Shown piece by piece: positions 21,056-29,711 of a stretch of 64,000 bases of DNA. Location: assembly GCA_965262615.1 (NCBI GenBank), contig OZ253545.1:800001-864000 (forward strand). The letters run 5' to 3'. The stretch is from Alphaproteobacteria bacterium (GTDB taxonomy: Bacteria; Pseudomonadota; Alphaproteobacteria; GM7ARS4; G965262615). Numbering within the stretch: the stretch's first letter is position 1; every line of letters begins with the position of its first letter. Below the pieces are notes generated by a model. The model did no database searches. It was not told where the DNA came from and worked only from the letters and a program-made list of their open reading frames with translations. A program made the translations under genes and the position numbers.

Positions 21056-22090
21056 TTACAGCTTCAGGTCGGTTTTGTCTTGCAGCTGACGGCGATATCG
21101 CGTTCGCTCTTTTTGAGGTGCGGGAATCAAGCCAATGTCTGTGGCAATGCCATCATCGCCAATGACATCATCCGACATGAAAAAGCGGGTGTATTCATCC
21201 AAGCCCGTGACCGTGCCCAAGTGTTGCCCCTTGACATAGATATACAAAGGACGAGCGATGGGCCAACCGCCGTCACTGATGGATTCAAAACTGGGCGACT
21301 GACCCCCCACCGTTGCCACCTGAATGCGATCACGATTTTGGTCGTAAAAGCTAAAGCCAAAGACTCCCATCGCACCCTTATTGCTTTGAATACGGGTGAG
21401 CGTCACGGTGTAATCGCCGTCAATGTCCACAGCGACCCCGTCTTTGCGGATGCGTTTGCAAAAAGACTTGAAGGCTTTGGCATCACCGCCCACCAAGTCC
21501 TTGAGCCCCGCCACTTCCTTGCAGCCGCCTCCCATGACGATGGTTTCAAACACATCGCGCGTACCGTGTTTCTCACCGGGAATGAAGGCAAGAATTGTGG
21601 TGTCTGGATAGGCGGGATTGATGTCGCTCCATCGCTCAAAGGGGTTGTCTACCAGCGTGTCATTCACAGGAACTTGCGCCGCCAAAGCCAAGAAAAGATC
21701 TCTAAGAGAGACATCCATAGGCGGCACGGATATATCACTGGCAAACACAATGCCGTCATAGCCGATGCTGAGCTCAATGACCTGCACGCCGTTGGCGTTA
21801 CATGTCTCCAGTTCCTTTTTCTTCATGCGGCGCGAGGCATTGGCGACATCAATGGTGTCAGTTCCCACACCCTGACAGAACAATTTGAGTCCCGCCGAAC
21901 TGCCTCCCGATTCCACCACAGGGGTTTTGAAGTTTGGATACCGCCGCTTGAAGCCCTCCGCCGCCGCCGCAGCGAAAGGCAAAACGGTGGATGAACCCGC
22001 CACACTGACATAATCACGAGCATGAGCATTCGTGAGAGGCAGTGTAAGCATCCCCAAGCATAGCAGGGTCAGCAGGGTTGTTTTTTTCAT
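21056..22090 (-). CDS. pstS: Phosphate ABC transporter substrate-binding protein
   Basis: Signal peptide, AGSSTVLPF, DVANASR, GYDGI, WPIARPLYIYVK. Confidence 0.92.
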   Translation of the reverse strand: MKKTTLLTLLCLGMLTLPLTNAHARDYVSVAGSSTVLPFAAAAAEGFKRRYPNFKTPVVESGGSSAGLKLFCQGVGTDTIDVANASRRMKKKELETCNANGVQVIELSIGYDGIVFASDISVPPMDVSLRDLFLALAAQVPVNDTLVDNPFERWSDINPAYPDTTILAFIPGEKHGTRDVFETIVMGGGCKEVAGLKDLVGGDAKAFKSFCKRIRKDGVAVDIDGDYTVTLTRIQSNKGAMGVFGFSFYDQNRDRIQVATVGGQSPSFESISDGGWPIARPLYIYVKGQHLGTVTGLDEYTRFFMSDDVIGDDGIATDIGLIPAPQKERTRYRRQLQDKTDLKL

Positions 22091-22117
22091 GGTTAGGTCT
22101 CCTCTGTTAGGGGGTGG

Positions 22118-23344
22118 TTAAAAAGCAAACTGCAGGCGCATTTGCACACCATAGGGCTCATCGGTGCTGTCGCATCCGCACAGCTGTGCGCTGCGCCACG
22201 CTTGCGCCCATTCGGTCATGACGCGAATGTTTTTGACGGGCATCCATATCGCACCGACAGTGACGGCTCGAAATGTGCCTCTGTCAAAGTCGCTGAAAAA
22301 CATCTGATTCCAACGAACACCAACGCCAAACGCACCATAGCCGCCCGATTGAATGTCACGCTTCGGACTCACCCCTTTGGGGATGCCCTTTTTGACATCA
22401 AACTTGTTGTGCTCTCCGGTGAGCCAATAGTTGGCTTGCAGATAAAATCCCATGACGGTGTTGTCATCCCGACTGGAGCTGTTGTTATACCTCACTTGGG
22501 ACAACAGGAATTCGCTCTGCATGGCGAATGATTGATAGCCCACAGCAATCTCGGGGCTAAAATCAATGCGGGCATCGGCATCGGTGGCTTTGACACTGTA
22601 GGTCTTATTGTGAAAGACCGCCTTGGTGAAGGGAGCTCTCGATTCATAAGCCACATCGCCATGACGGTTGTGCACATAATGAACGCTGCCGCCCACATGA
22701 AGATACATGTCATCGTCCATAATGGGCGCAAAGGTGAGCCGAGCCGCCACACCAAAATCGGTGTCATGAGTCTCCTCAAAGGCGGCATTCGCCCCCTTGA
22801 TGGTATCCCCATGCACACCAAAGCCAACCTGACCCATCTTAAACCGATAGTAAATGTTGGCGCCATAGTAACGCGACTCTGGAATCACAACACGCTCCAT
22901 AAAGGGTAGGTTGTTGGAGCTGGAAGGCGGCAACAGTCCAAACGGCGGCTTGTCATGTCCCACCCGCACAATCACATTCTTGATTCCGTTATAATCAAGA
23001 TAGAAACCTTTCATGGAAACACCATTGTCGGAGAAGTCTATGACAGATTTATAGGCAAAGTCCTTGAGGATTTTGCCAGAGAATCCAAAACGGGCTCTGC
23101 GAAACGCTGTTCCAGTATTGCCTTTGACGAATTGGGGATTGCTGTCATCGTCAGCATCAAACAGCGTATCCATATGAAACCGCCCTGAGAGGCGGACCGA
23201 CCAATCTCGGCAGGAGATGGATATTTTGTCCTCATCATAGTCACACTCGGCGAGACTTGCTGCGTGAGCGGGCGCATCAAAAGAGAGCAAAAGGCTTGCG
23301 CCCAATAGTCCTCCCATGATGGTGTTTGGGTTTTTTTTCAACAT
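22118..23344 (-). CDS. Phosphate-selective porin OprO/OprP family
   Basis: FRRARFG, KPPFGL..SSSNNLPFMER, WLTGEH, C-terminal RLQFAF; upstream of pstS. Confidence 0.9.
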   Translation of the reverse strand: MLKKNPNTIMGGLLGASLLLSFDAPAHAASLAECDYDEDKISISCRDWSVRLSGRFHMDTLFDADDDSNPQFVKGNTGTAFRRARFGFSGKILKDFAYKSVIDFSDNGVSMKGFYLDYNGIKNVIVRVGHDKPPFGLLPPSSSNNLPFMERVVIPESRYYGANIYYRFKMGQVGFGVHGDTIKGANAAFEETHDTDFGVAARLTFAPIMDDDMYLHVGGSVHYVHNRHGDVAYESRAPFTKAVFHNKTYSVKATDADARIDFSPEIAVGYQSFAMQSEFLLSQVRYNNSSSRDDNTVMGFYLQANYWLTGEHNKFDVKKGIPKGVSPKRDIQSGGYGAFGVGVRWNQMFFSDFDRGTFRAVTVGAIWMPVKNIRVMTEWAQAWRSAQLCGCDSTDEPYGVQMRLQFAF

Positions 23345-23374
23345 AAGAGCCTCCTTGTTGGTTGAAAAAAACTC

Positions 23375-23416
23375 AAAAAAAAGACCCGATACCTAAAAGG
23401 TAACGGGTCTTTTTTT
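23375..23416 (-). terminator. Rho-independent terminator (potentially bidirectional)
   Basis: A8-GACCCG-a-TACC-taaaa-GGTA-a-CGGGTC-T7 hairpin just downstream of the 23441 porin stop. Confidence 0.85.
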
Positions 23417-23440
23417 AAGTGTTCATAACTGGCAATTCAC

Positions 23441-25135
23441 CTACCAACCGACTTGCGCTCGGAACTGAATTCCGTATGGAGCTTGCCGATTTCCATCGGC
23501 TTCCACGACCCATGCCCTGACGAATTCGGTAACGAATTTGGTGTAAGCATTGGGAAGCCAAGTCATATTGATGGTGAGTCCTTCATGTCTTCCAAAGTTA
23601 GCGAATCCATCAGACAGGTCAGCATATTGATATCTGAGTCCGAATCCGATAGCCCCTGACCCTCTTCCTGATCCGAGGAATTCATTGCGAGGCTTGATTC
23701 GTCCAAAGGTAGCACTTTGATCATCGTATTGATTAATCTCACCCGTGAGCCAATAGTTCACTTGGGCATACCAAAGGTGCATTGTGGAATCAAGTTTAAT
23801 TCCATCACTTCCGACAATGGTTGGTCTGAGCAGTGTGTATTCTGCTTGGAAAGCGAGGGGTCCCATGACGAGAGCGGCTTCAGGATTGATAGCGTAGAAC
23901 TCCTCATTGAGGTACTCTTGACTGACATGCGTCTGATAGTCCACGGCAAGGAGTGGCTGGCTTAAAGTTGCTGAGAATGGCGCACCGATTCCGAGGATAG
24001 GATTTGTCTTGGACTGGGCATTATTGAAGTTAGCATAACGACCACTGAATCCAAGGTGGAGAAGGGAGCGATTGCTCAGTTCGAAGGAACTGGTGAAACG
24101 ACCTGTGATTCCCACATCGCCTTGAGCATTGGCGGACTCCTTGGTGTCATCGCTTCCTTCCAGCCCTCCGATATGGACAGCACCGGCAACGGTGTTGCCT
24201 CGTTGGGCGACACGCGCCATGACGGCAAAGCGAGTGATATCATAGAATCCTGGGCGTTCCATGAAGTATTCATTTCCATGGGGAGCGGTTTGTTCCAATC
24301 CAAAGGGGAGTTTCATTAAACCAACCTGCATGATGGCACTATCAAACCCTTGATAACGGACATAGGCATCATGGAGTCCGGCTTTGGTTCTGTGGTCGGA
24401 ATATTCTTCCGATGCGGCGAAGATTCCTTTGAGTTCATAGGCCCAGTCCCTGCTGTAAGTTCCTTGCACACCGAGATAGGCACGATTGATATCGGCATAG
24501 GAGCTGGAGATACCTTCTTGAACCGAATTGAGGAAGACGGCATCAACTTGGATAAGTCCGTTGAGGGACAGTGTCCAGTTGCCACAATCCAGCGTGACCA
24601 ATCCTGTTTCCAGAGCGGCACTGCTCACGACCGCACAGCCAGAAACGCTTCCAGAGCCGAAGTCATCGTAGGATTCGGCGAAAGTTCCGTAATCCTCAAA
24701 ACCTTCATCTTCCATGACCTCAGGCTCTTCCTCTTCTGTGAACATATCCAAGAAACCGTAATCTTGAAAATCCTGCATGGGTTCTTCTTCAACAACCTCC
24801 ATGACGGGCTCCTGATCGTAGCTGTCATAGTCATCGAATTCTTCTTCCTCAAACTCTTCATAGTCAATGTCGGAGACATCAACTTCCTCTTCAAGATCGA
24901 CATCATCGTAGCCTTCCTCAAATTGGTATTCATCGAAGACTTCAACGATTTCTTCCTCTTCTTCGTAATAGAGAGGTTCTTCTTCGTAGAAGAAGGTTTC
25001 TTCTTCCTCTTCGAATTCAAATTCTTCGTCAAAGAACCCGCTGTCCGCGCGTGCGGATTGGGGTGAAACCTGGGAAAGCAGCAAGGAGAAGCCGATAATA
25101 ATTCCCAATGGGATTGAATGCCTCAGAACAAACAT
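23441..25135 (-). CDS. OprO/OprP-family porin with a hyper-acidic N-terminal extension
   Basis: Likely start ATG 25135 (GAGGGAG SD), signal peptide ending ARA-D, ~130-aa D/E/F/Y tract, then barrel motifs KLPFGLEQ, FMER, WLTGE, C-terminal RAQVGW. Confidence 0.88.
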   Translation of the reverse strand: MFVLRHSIPLGIIIGFSLLLSQVSPQSARADSGFFDEEFEFEEEEETFFYEEEPLYYEEEEEIVEVFDEYQFEEGYDDVDLEEEVDVSDIDYEEFEEEEFDDYDSYDQEPVMEVVEEEPMQDFQDYGFLDMFTEEEEPEVMEDEGFEDYGTFAESYDDFGSGSVSGCAVVSSAALETGLVTLDCGNWTLSLNGLIQVDAVFLNSVQEGISSSYADINRAYLGVQGTYSRDWAYELKGIFAASEEYSDHRTKAGLHDAYVRYQGFDSAIMQVGLMKLPFGLEQTAPHGNEYFMERPGFYDITRFAVMARVAQRGNTVAGAVHIGGLEGSDDTKESANAQGDVGITGRFTSSFELSNRSLLHLGFSGRYANFNNAQSKTNPILGIGAPFSATLSQPLLAVDYQTHVSQEYLNEEFYAINPEAALVMGPLAFQAEYTLLRPTIVGSDGIKLDSTMHLWYAQVNYWLTGEINQYDDQSATFGRIKPRNEFLGSGRGSGAIGFGLRYQYADLSDGFANFGRHEGLTINMTWLPNAYTKFVTEFVRAWVVEADGNRQAPYGIQFRAQVGW

Positions 25136-25395
25136 GAATATACTCCCTCTATCGTTCGTGAAAGAACACTTATATTGCGTTATGGTGTGACTTCGCCGCC
25201 TGACCGATGTCTCGCCCATTGATTGCGATGAAGCCATCAAGGACAGTTTATCGCACATAATCATAATGATTGCAAGAGTGATAAAGTGGAAAATTAATAA
25301 ATAATTCATGAAGACAGGTGGTGGTTAGTTGCCTCTTTGGCGGATGTGTGTCAGCATTGGTGGCTCAATTGGGAGAGAAATTTTGGGAGTTGGGC

Positions 25396-25767
25396 ATGAG
25401 TCTATGGCGTGCATGGCGTGATTTTTGGCTTCGGCGAGCGGCGGTTCTGGTGTATGTGACCTCACCCACCAAGCAAGAAGCCGAGCATCTGGCGCGCAGC
25501 ACGGTGGAGGCACGATTGGCGGCGTGTGCCAATATTTATTCTATGAGGTCTGTGTATCATTGGCAGGGCAAGGTGGTGGATGACGAGGAATGGGCGTTGT
25601 GGCTGAAAACGCGCCGCTCAATGCGTCACGAATTGGTGAGGCATATCGTTGCCCATCATTCTTATGAGTGCCCCTGTGTGGTGATTGTTCCATTGTGGAT
25701 TGGACACATTCCATTCGCACAATGGATTATTGAAAGCACGGGGATTATTGAAAGCACAAGTCATTGA
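25396..25767 (+). CDS. cutA: Divalent-cation tolerance protein CutA
   Basis: LAACAN, SVYHWQG, E..L.LKT, HSYECP. Confidence 0.9.
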   Translation: MSLWRAWRDFWLRRAAVLVYVTSPTKQEAEHLARSTVEARLAACANIYSMRSVYHWQGKVVDDEEWALWLKTRRSMRHELVRHIVAHHSYECPCVVIVPLWIGHIPFAQWIIESTGIIESTSH

Positions 25768-25800
25768 CGATTTTTTTTTGTTCATTTATAAGAGGGCATC

Positions 25801-26502
25801 ATGATGGTCAAAAAAGACGAACCCAAGACAGCACAAAAGAAAACGCCAGCCAAAAAGAAGGCTGCCGCGCCGAATGTTGCTGTGCCGAATGTTGCTGTGC
25901 CCAAGACAAAAGCTGTGGCACGCAAGAAAACTGTCTCACCATCGGTCGCCGCAAAGAAGGTTAGTAAATCGGAAGTAAAGCCAGAAATAAAAATTGTCAA
26001 TGGACGCATGGTTCGTAAGGCGCGCCTGCCTCGTCAGGATAGTTACACATTGCGCGCGAGTGAGGTGAATCGTCAGTGGTGGATTGTGGATGCTCGCGGG
26101 TTGGTGCTGGGGCGCATGGCGGCGGTGATTTCGTCTGTGTTGCGCGGTAAGACCAAGCCCACCTATACGCCTCATATGGATGGCGGCGATGGCGTGATTG
26201 TGGTCAATGCGCGCGCTGTGGCATTGACGGGCAATAAGCGCGCCGGTAAGATTTATTATCGTCACACGGGCTATCCGGGTGGACTCAAGGAGCAACAGGC
26301 GGGAGCGATTTTGGATGGCAAGCATCCCGAGCGCGTGGTCACCCTTGCGGTCAAGCGCATGTTGGGACGAGGTCCCATGGCGCGCCAACGGCTGTCTCAT
26401 TTGAAGGTGTATGGAGGCGAGACCCATCCTCATGAGGGATTGCAGCCCAAGTCGCTGGATGTGGCGGCGATGAACAAGAAGAATGTGAGGCATGGATCAT
26501 GA
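25801..26502 (+). CDS. rplM: 50S ribosomal protein L13 with N-terminal Lys/Ala/Pro-rich extension
   Basis: [34 protein letters not shown]. Start at 25801 (GAGG SD) or internal Met near 26008. Confidence 0.95.
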   Translation: MMVKKDEPKTAQKKTPAKKKAAAPNVAVPNVAVPKTKAVARKKTVSPSVAAKKVSKSEVKPEIKIVNGRMVRKARLPRQDSYTLRASEVNRQWWIVDARGLVLGRMAAVISSVLRGKTKPTYTPHMDGGDGVIVVNARAVALTGNKRAGKIYYRHTGYPGGLKEQQAGAILDGKHPERVVTLAVKRMLGRGPMARQRLSHLKVYGGETHPHEGLQPKSLDVAAMNKKNVRHGS

Positions 26503-26966
26503 CCGAGACGGTGCAAGAGAAAAAAAGCGAGTCGGCTGAGGCAACACCCAAAGCCGCGCCGCCAATCAAGGACATGCCGCCCAGTGGTTTTTATGCCACC
26601 GGACGCCGCAAGGACGCGGTGGCGCGCGTGTGGCTACGCAAGGGCAAGGGAACGGTGACGGTCAATCATCGCTCTTTTGAGACTTATTTTGCCCGTCCTG
26701 TGTTGCGGATGGTGATTGCTCAGCCGCTGGAGCTGGTGGGGGTGACATCACACTATGATGTTTTTTGCACGGTGAAGGGCGGCGGTTTGTCGGGACAGGC
26801 GGGGGCGGTGCGTCATGGCATTGCTCGCGCCCTGGCGATGAGTGACGATGCCGCTCATTCTCAATTGCGCCGCAACGGATTTCTCACGCGCGATGCTCGC
26901 GTGGTGGAGCGCAAAAAATACGGCAGACACAAAGCGCGCCGTTCCCATCAATTCTCCAAACGCTAA
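26499..26966 (+). CDS. rpsI: 30S ribosomal protein S9
   Basis: [32 protein letters not shown]. Confidence 0.98.
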   Translation: MTETVQEKKSESAEATPKAAPPIKDMPPSGFYATGRRKDAVARVWLRKGKGTVTVNHRSFETYFARPVLRMVIAQPLELVGVTSHYDVFCTVKGGGLSGQAGAVRHGIARALAMSDDAAHSQLRRNGFLTRDARVVERKKYGRHKARRSHQFSKR

Positions 26967-26981
26967 TGGTGAATCACGCCT

Positions 26982-27308
26982 TCAGGGCGCGCTGTCGGAA
27001 AACAGACGAATCACCGCAACCCCCAAAACAATTAATGCGATGCCGATGAGTGCGGCATTGTCCAGCACTTCGTCAAACAGCAGCCATCCCATGACGCTGA
27101 TGAGAATGATGCCGATGGCACTCCACAGGGCATAGGCGATGCCGATGGGAATGGATTGTAGCGACAGGGTGAGAAAATAAAATGACACCCCATAACCCAC
27201 CATCACGATGGTGCTGGGAAGCCACTCAGTGAATTGATTGGTGTATTTGAGTGCCGATGTGGCAATCACTTCGGCAACGATGGCGACAAACAAATACATG
27301 TAATGCAT
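26982..27308 (-). CDS. SMR-family small multidrug efflux transporter (EmrE/QacE-like)
   Basis: Four TM helices, AIVAEVIATSALK with the conserved Glu, IAYALWS.IG. Confidence 0.92.
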   Translation of the reverse strand: MHYMYLFVAIVAEVIATSALKYTNQFTEWLPSTIVMVGYGVSFYFLTLSLQSIPIGIAYALWSAIGIILISVMGWLLFDEVLDNAALIGIALIVLGVAVIRLFSDSAP

Positions 27309-27347
27309 GATGCCGTATCGTAATTGGAGCGATGAAAAATCACAAGA

Positions 27348-27448
27348 AGACTTATGATTTTATGGTGATTTTGTTTTGTTGCCAAAAATAAAAATCATAA
27401 GCAGACTTATGATTTTGATTTTGTTTTATTGCCAAAAACAAAAATCAT
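27348..27448. repeat. Imperfect ~50-bp duplication of the DUF6804-like gene 3' end
   Basis: agacttatgatttt...tgattttgtttt(g/a)ttgccaaaaa(t/c)aaaaatcat at 27348-27398 and 27403-27448. Confidence 0.85.
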
Positions 27449-27817
27449 CATAGTGGCACACAGGGTGATGGTGGCGGCATTGATGCCATCCCACACCTCT
27501 CGTGCAAATCCAAGAGGCACGAAGGGATTGTAAATGACGGCAAAAATCACCAGCACAGCCATGAGCCATTTTGTGGGGGCGGCGCGCGACTGTGTCATCA
27601 TGGATGACAGTCCATGCACAAGAATGACCATGTAGCCACAAATCATCCAACGGGTGAAAATATAGTAGCCATAGGGCAGACCCAACACATCCCCCAGCAT
27701 GGCGACCGAAAGAATGAAAATTGGCAACAGATGATTTGACCAGTGATTAAAAAAGAACACTTTTTTGGTGAGATGGTCACGAACGGCAATACGCCAAGAG
27801 TGTGAAGAAGGTGTCAT
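27407..27817 (-). CDS. DUF6804-like small membrane protein
   Basis: LPYGYY.F.RW, IFAVIYNPF.P..F.RE.W..I motif; GGGAG SD before ATG 27817. Confidence 0.7.
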   Translation of the reverse strand: MTPSSHSWRIAVRDHLTKKVFFFNHWSNHLLPIFILSVAMLGDVLGLPYGYYIFTRWMICGYMVILVHGLSSMMTQSRAAPTKWLMAVLVIFAVIYNPFVPLGFAREVWDGINAATITLCATMMIFVFGNKTKSKS

Positions 27818-27833
27818 AGCAGCAGCTCCCTGA

Positions 27834-28144
27834 TGCAGTATTGAACAAAACACCCACACTAAGTGTTGGGCGTGCCACACACTAGACATCCTAGATAGCC
27901 CGTCTATTCCCCACAGAACCCATCAGCAAAACTGATGATATGGGTGTTGTATTCAACAGGACACCCAACCAAAGGTTGGATGCCTATGTGTGTGGCAGCG
28001 TGATGGTAGGTTAAAAGGCGATAAAAATCAAGTTTTTTGATTGGGTGTTGTTCTTCACTAGGAGCACCCAGCCCTGTCTATTTCCCTTGCGGCACACGAA
28101 GCACCATTGGGTATTGTATTCAACAGGACACCCAACCCAATTCA
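27834..28144. repeat. Hairpin-rich non-coding element with repeated TGGGTGTTGTATTCAACAGGACACCCA motif
   Basis: Motif copies near 27941-27970, 28041-28073 and 28107-28137, degenerate copy near 27834-27859; long inverted repeat 27873-27891/27978-27997. Confidence 0.75.
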
Positions 28145-28576
28145 TCAAAAGACTGAATATGCGCGTTTTTGTTCAACGGCTTGGCGGTAATAGTTTATAA
28201 TTTCTTTGCTGGTGGAATCGCTTTTGAACAGTCCCTCGCATATCTTGATGAGAATGTCATTGCTCAAATAAGAGTCTTGTCCTTGACTTTGCATGGCAAG
28301 AGGCAGGTTTTGTAAGGCTTCGTGGCTTGTGGAAATGCACCTTGCCCACTTATAGATGATGTAACTGTCACGAATGATGCTGTAATGGTCACCTTTTTTG
28401 AGAAGACATGTTCTATCTATATGATGGCGTTTTCCGCCGTAGCTATTTTTGACACTGGATGCATTGGCGTAAATGATATAGTGACCTTCCTTTTTATTTT
28501 GGGGCGTAAAAGGGTCGGTGAGAGTAAAAGCAGGGTGGTCTTTTATGATGAAGTATCTGCCTCTGTCAAGGCTCAT
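28145..28576 (-). CDS. Putative toxin, copy 2 (uncharacterised; possibly PemK/MazF-like fold)
   Basis: HPAF.LTDP, NASSV, D.TCLLKKGDHYSI..DS.I.Y; 4-nt overlap with the upstream Panacea gene. Confidence 0.65.
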   Translation of the reverse strand: MSLDRGRYFIIKDHPAFTLTDPFTPQNKKEGHYIIYANASSVKNSYGGKRHHIDRTCLLKKGDHYSIIRDSYIIYKWARCISTSHEALQNLPLAMQSQGQDSYLSNDILIKICEGLFKSDSTSKEIINYYRQAVEQKRAYSVF

Positions 28577-29166
28577 GCGACCTCACCGTGTTGGTGTATG
28601 TAATCGTCAAGAGCTTGAAAGGAGCGAATTTCGTCACTGCAATCTTTTGCCTCTTCGTCATCGTATCCGTAGGCTTTGAAGACATCTTCGTATGCAATAC
28701 GAATGGAGCTGCCGTGTGGGTCTTGCCACTCAGGGATTTTTTCAGAGTCGTGAGTGTAGTGGGAGAGTTGGTCGGCGGTCATAGAGCCAAACCGATTCCA
28801 TATGTCTTGCATGACACGGTGATTGAGTCTTGACAATCTCCCAACGGCATCTTCGTCTATGGGTTGGTTTTTTTTGAGTTTGATGTCGTATTGATTTGTG
28901 TGGTCAATCCACTCCAGCCAATCTTTTTGTGTTGCCTTTGTTTTGCCCGCCAGCAGATTATAGGTGTGTGACAAAACAGGACCCCGCGGCAAAGAATACA
29001 AATCATCATCACAGATGGTCACGCCATGACTGCCAATGCATTCTCGCTCGGACAAATACAACAGCTTGATGAGTTTCATGACGCTCATCTTGTCGCTCGT
29101 CTGGCGATTTTTATCAAGGAAGAACAAAATCATGTGGGTGGCGGTTCGTTCGCAATACATGTGCAT
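28573..29166 (-). CDS. Panacea-domain (DUF4065/SocA-like) antitoxin, copy 2
   Basis: MKLIKLLYL, GPV, FGSMTA.QL..YTH, PEW motifs. Confidence 0.88.
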   Translation of the reverse strand: MHMYCERTATHMILFFLDKNRQTSDKMSVMKLIKLLYLSERECIGSHGVTICDDDLYSLPRGPVLSHTYNLLAGKTKATQKDWLEWIDHTNQYDIKLKKNQPIDEDAVGRLSRLNHRVMQDIWNRFGSMTADQLSHYTHDSEKIPEWQDPHGSSIRIAYEDVFKAYGYDDEEAKDCSDEIRSFQALDDYIHQHGEVA

Positions 29167-29190
29167 TTTCTCCTGCTCGTGTTATCTACG

Positions 29191-29219
29191 AATATAATAT
29201 CAAAATTTGTCCTTTGCAA
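29191..29219 (-). promoter_or_regulatory. Sigma70-like promoter of TA cassette 2
   Basis: TTGCAA-N17-TATATT; both hexamers identical in the 30321-30349 copy while the spacer has diverged. Confidence 0.65.
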
Positions 29220-29230
29220 CAACGGTGGGC
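29213..29230. repeat. 18-bp direct repeat that includes the tRNA-Val 3' end (att-like)
   Basis: tttgcaacaacggtgggc identical at 29213-29230 and 30343-30360; period 1130 bp. Confidence 0.85.
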
Positions 29231-29267
29231 AAAGATGGTGCTGTGAAGCGATTTGAAAATCAAGGTT

Positions 29268-29711
29268 TTAAATTTTATATGCACAGCCCTGTTCAACAGC
29301 TTGGCGGTAGAAGTCTTTGACATCAGACCTTGCGAGAGTGCTTTGCATCAAGCCTTTGCATATTTTCATGAGGATGGCGGGAGTGAGGAAGGCATCTTGT
29401 CCTTGACTCTGCATGGCAAGGGGAAGGTTCTGTAAGGCTTCGTGGTTCGTGGAAATGCACTCTGCCCGTTTATAGGCGATGAAACTGTCATGGGTGATGC
29501 TGTAATGGTCACCTTTTTTGAGAAGACATGTTTTATCTACAATTCTCTTCTCGCCTCGCCAATCTCTCACACTAGAAGCATTGACACAAATGACCTTTTT
29601 TTGCGTTTGTCCCTTGGGTTTGCCCTTTGGTATGAATGGATCGGTGAGAATAAAAGCAGGGTGTTCCTTAAAAATAAAATATCTGCCCCTGCTGATGTCA
29701 TCAAGGCTCAT
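29268..29711 (-). CDS. Putative toxin, copy 1
   Basis: Paralogue of 28145-28576 (CIST.HEALQNLPLAMQSQGQD shared); ATGA overlap with the antitoxin. Confidence 0.65.
   Translation of the reverse strand: MSLDDISRGRYFIFKEHPAFILTDPFIPKGKPKGQTQKKVICVNASSVRDWRGEKRIVDKTCLLKKGDHYSITHDSFIAYKRAECISTNHEALQNLPLAMQSQGQDAFLTPAILMKICKGLMQSTLARSDVKDFYRQAVEQGCAYKI

Noticed and set aside
21053-21994. 313-aa plus-strand ORF (similarly 2968-3828, 42087-43289, 45881-46843, 55488-56447)
   Set aside because: Antisense shadows of well-supported genes (pstS, valS, glyA, ribB, secD/F) with no recognisable motifs.
23345-23440. Pho box upstream of oprP-pstS
   Set aside because: No CTGTCAT-like 11-bp-period direct repeat is recognisable.
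25136-25309. 58-aa N-terminal extension of the acidic porin in the ORF track
   Set aside because: A good SD and signal peptide start at ATG 25135; the upstream sequence looks like an AT-rich regulatory region.
27963-27981. Integron attC site (ACCCAAC...GTTGGAT core-like motifs)
   Set aside because: Only 5 nt separate the two motifs, far too short for an attC, and no intI is present.
27834-28144. Mini CRISPR array
   Set aside because: Repeat spacing is irregular (about 107, 100 and 66 bp), the copies are degenerate, the intervening sequences resemble each other and no cas genes are in the window.
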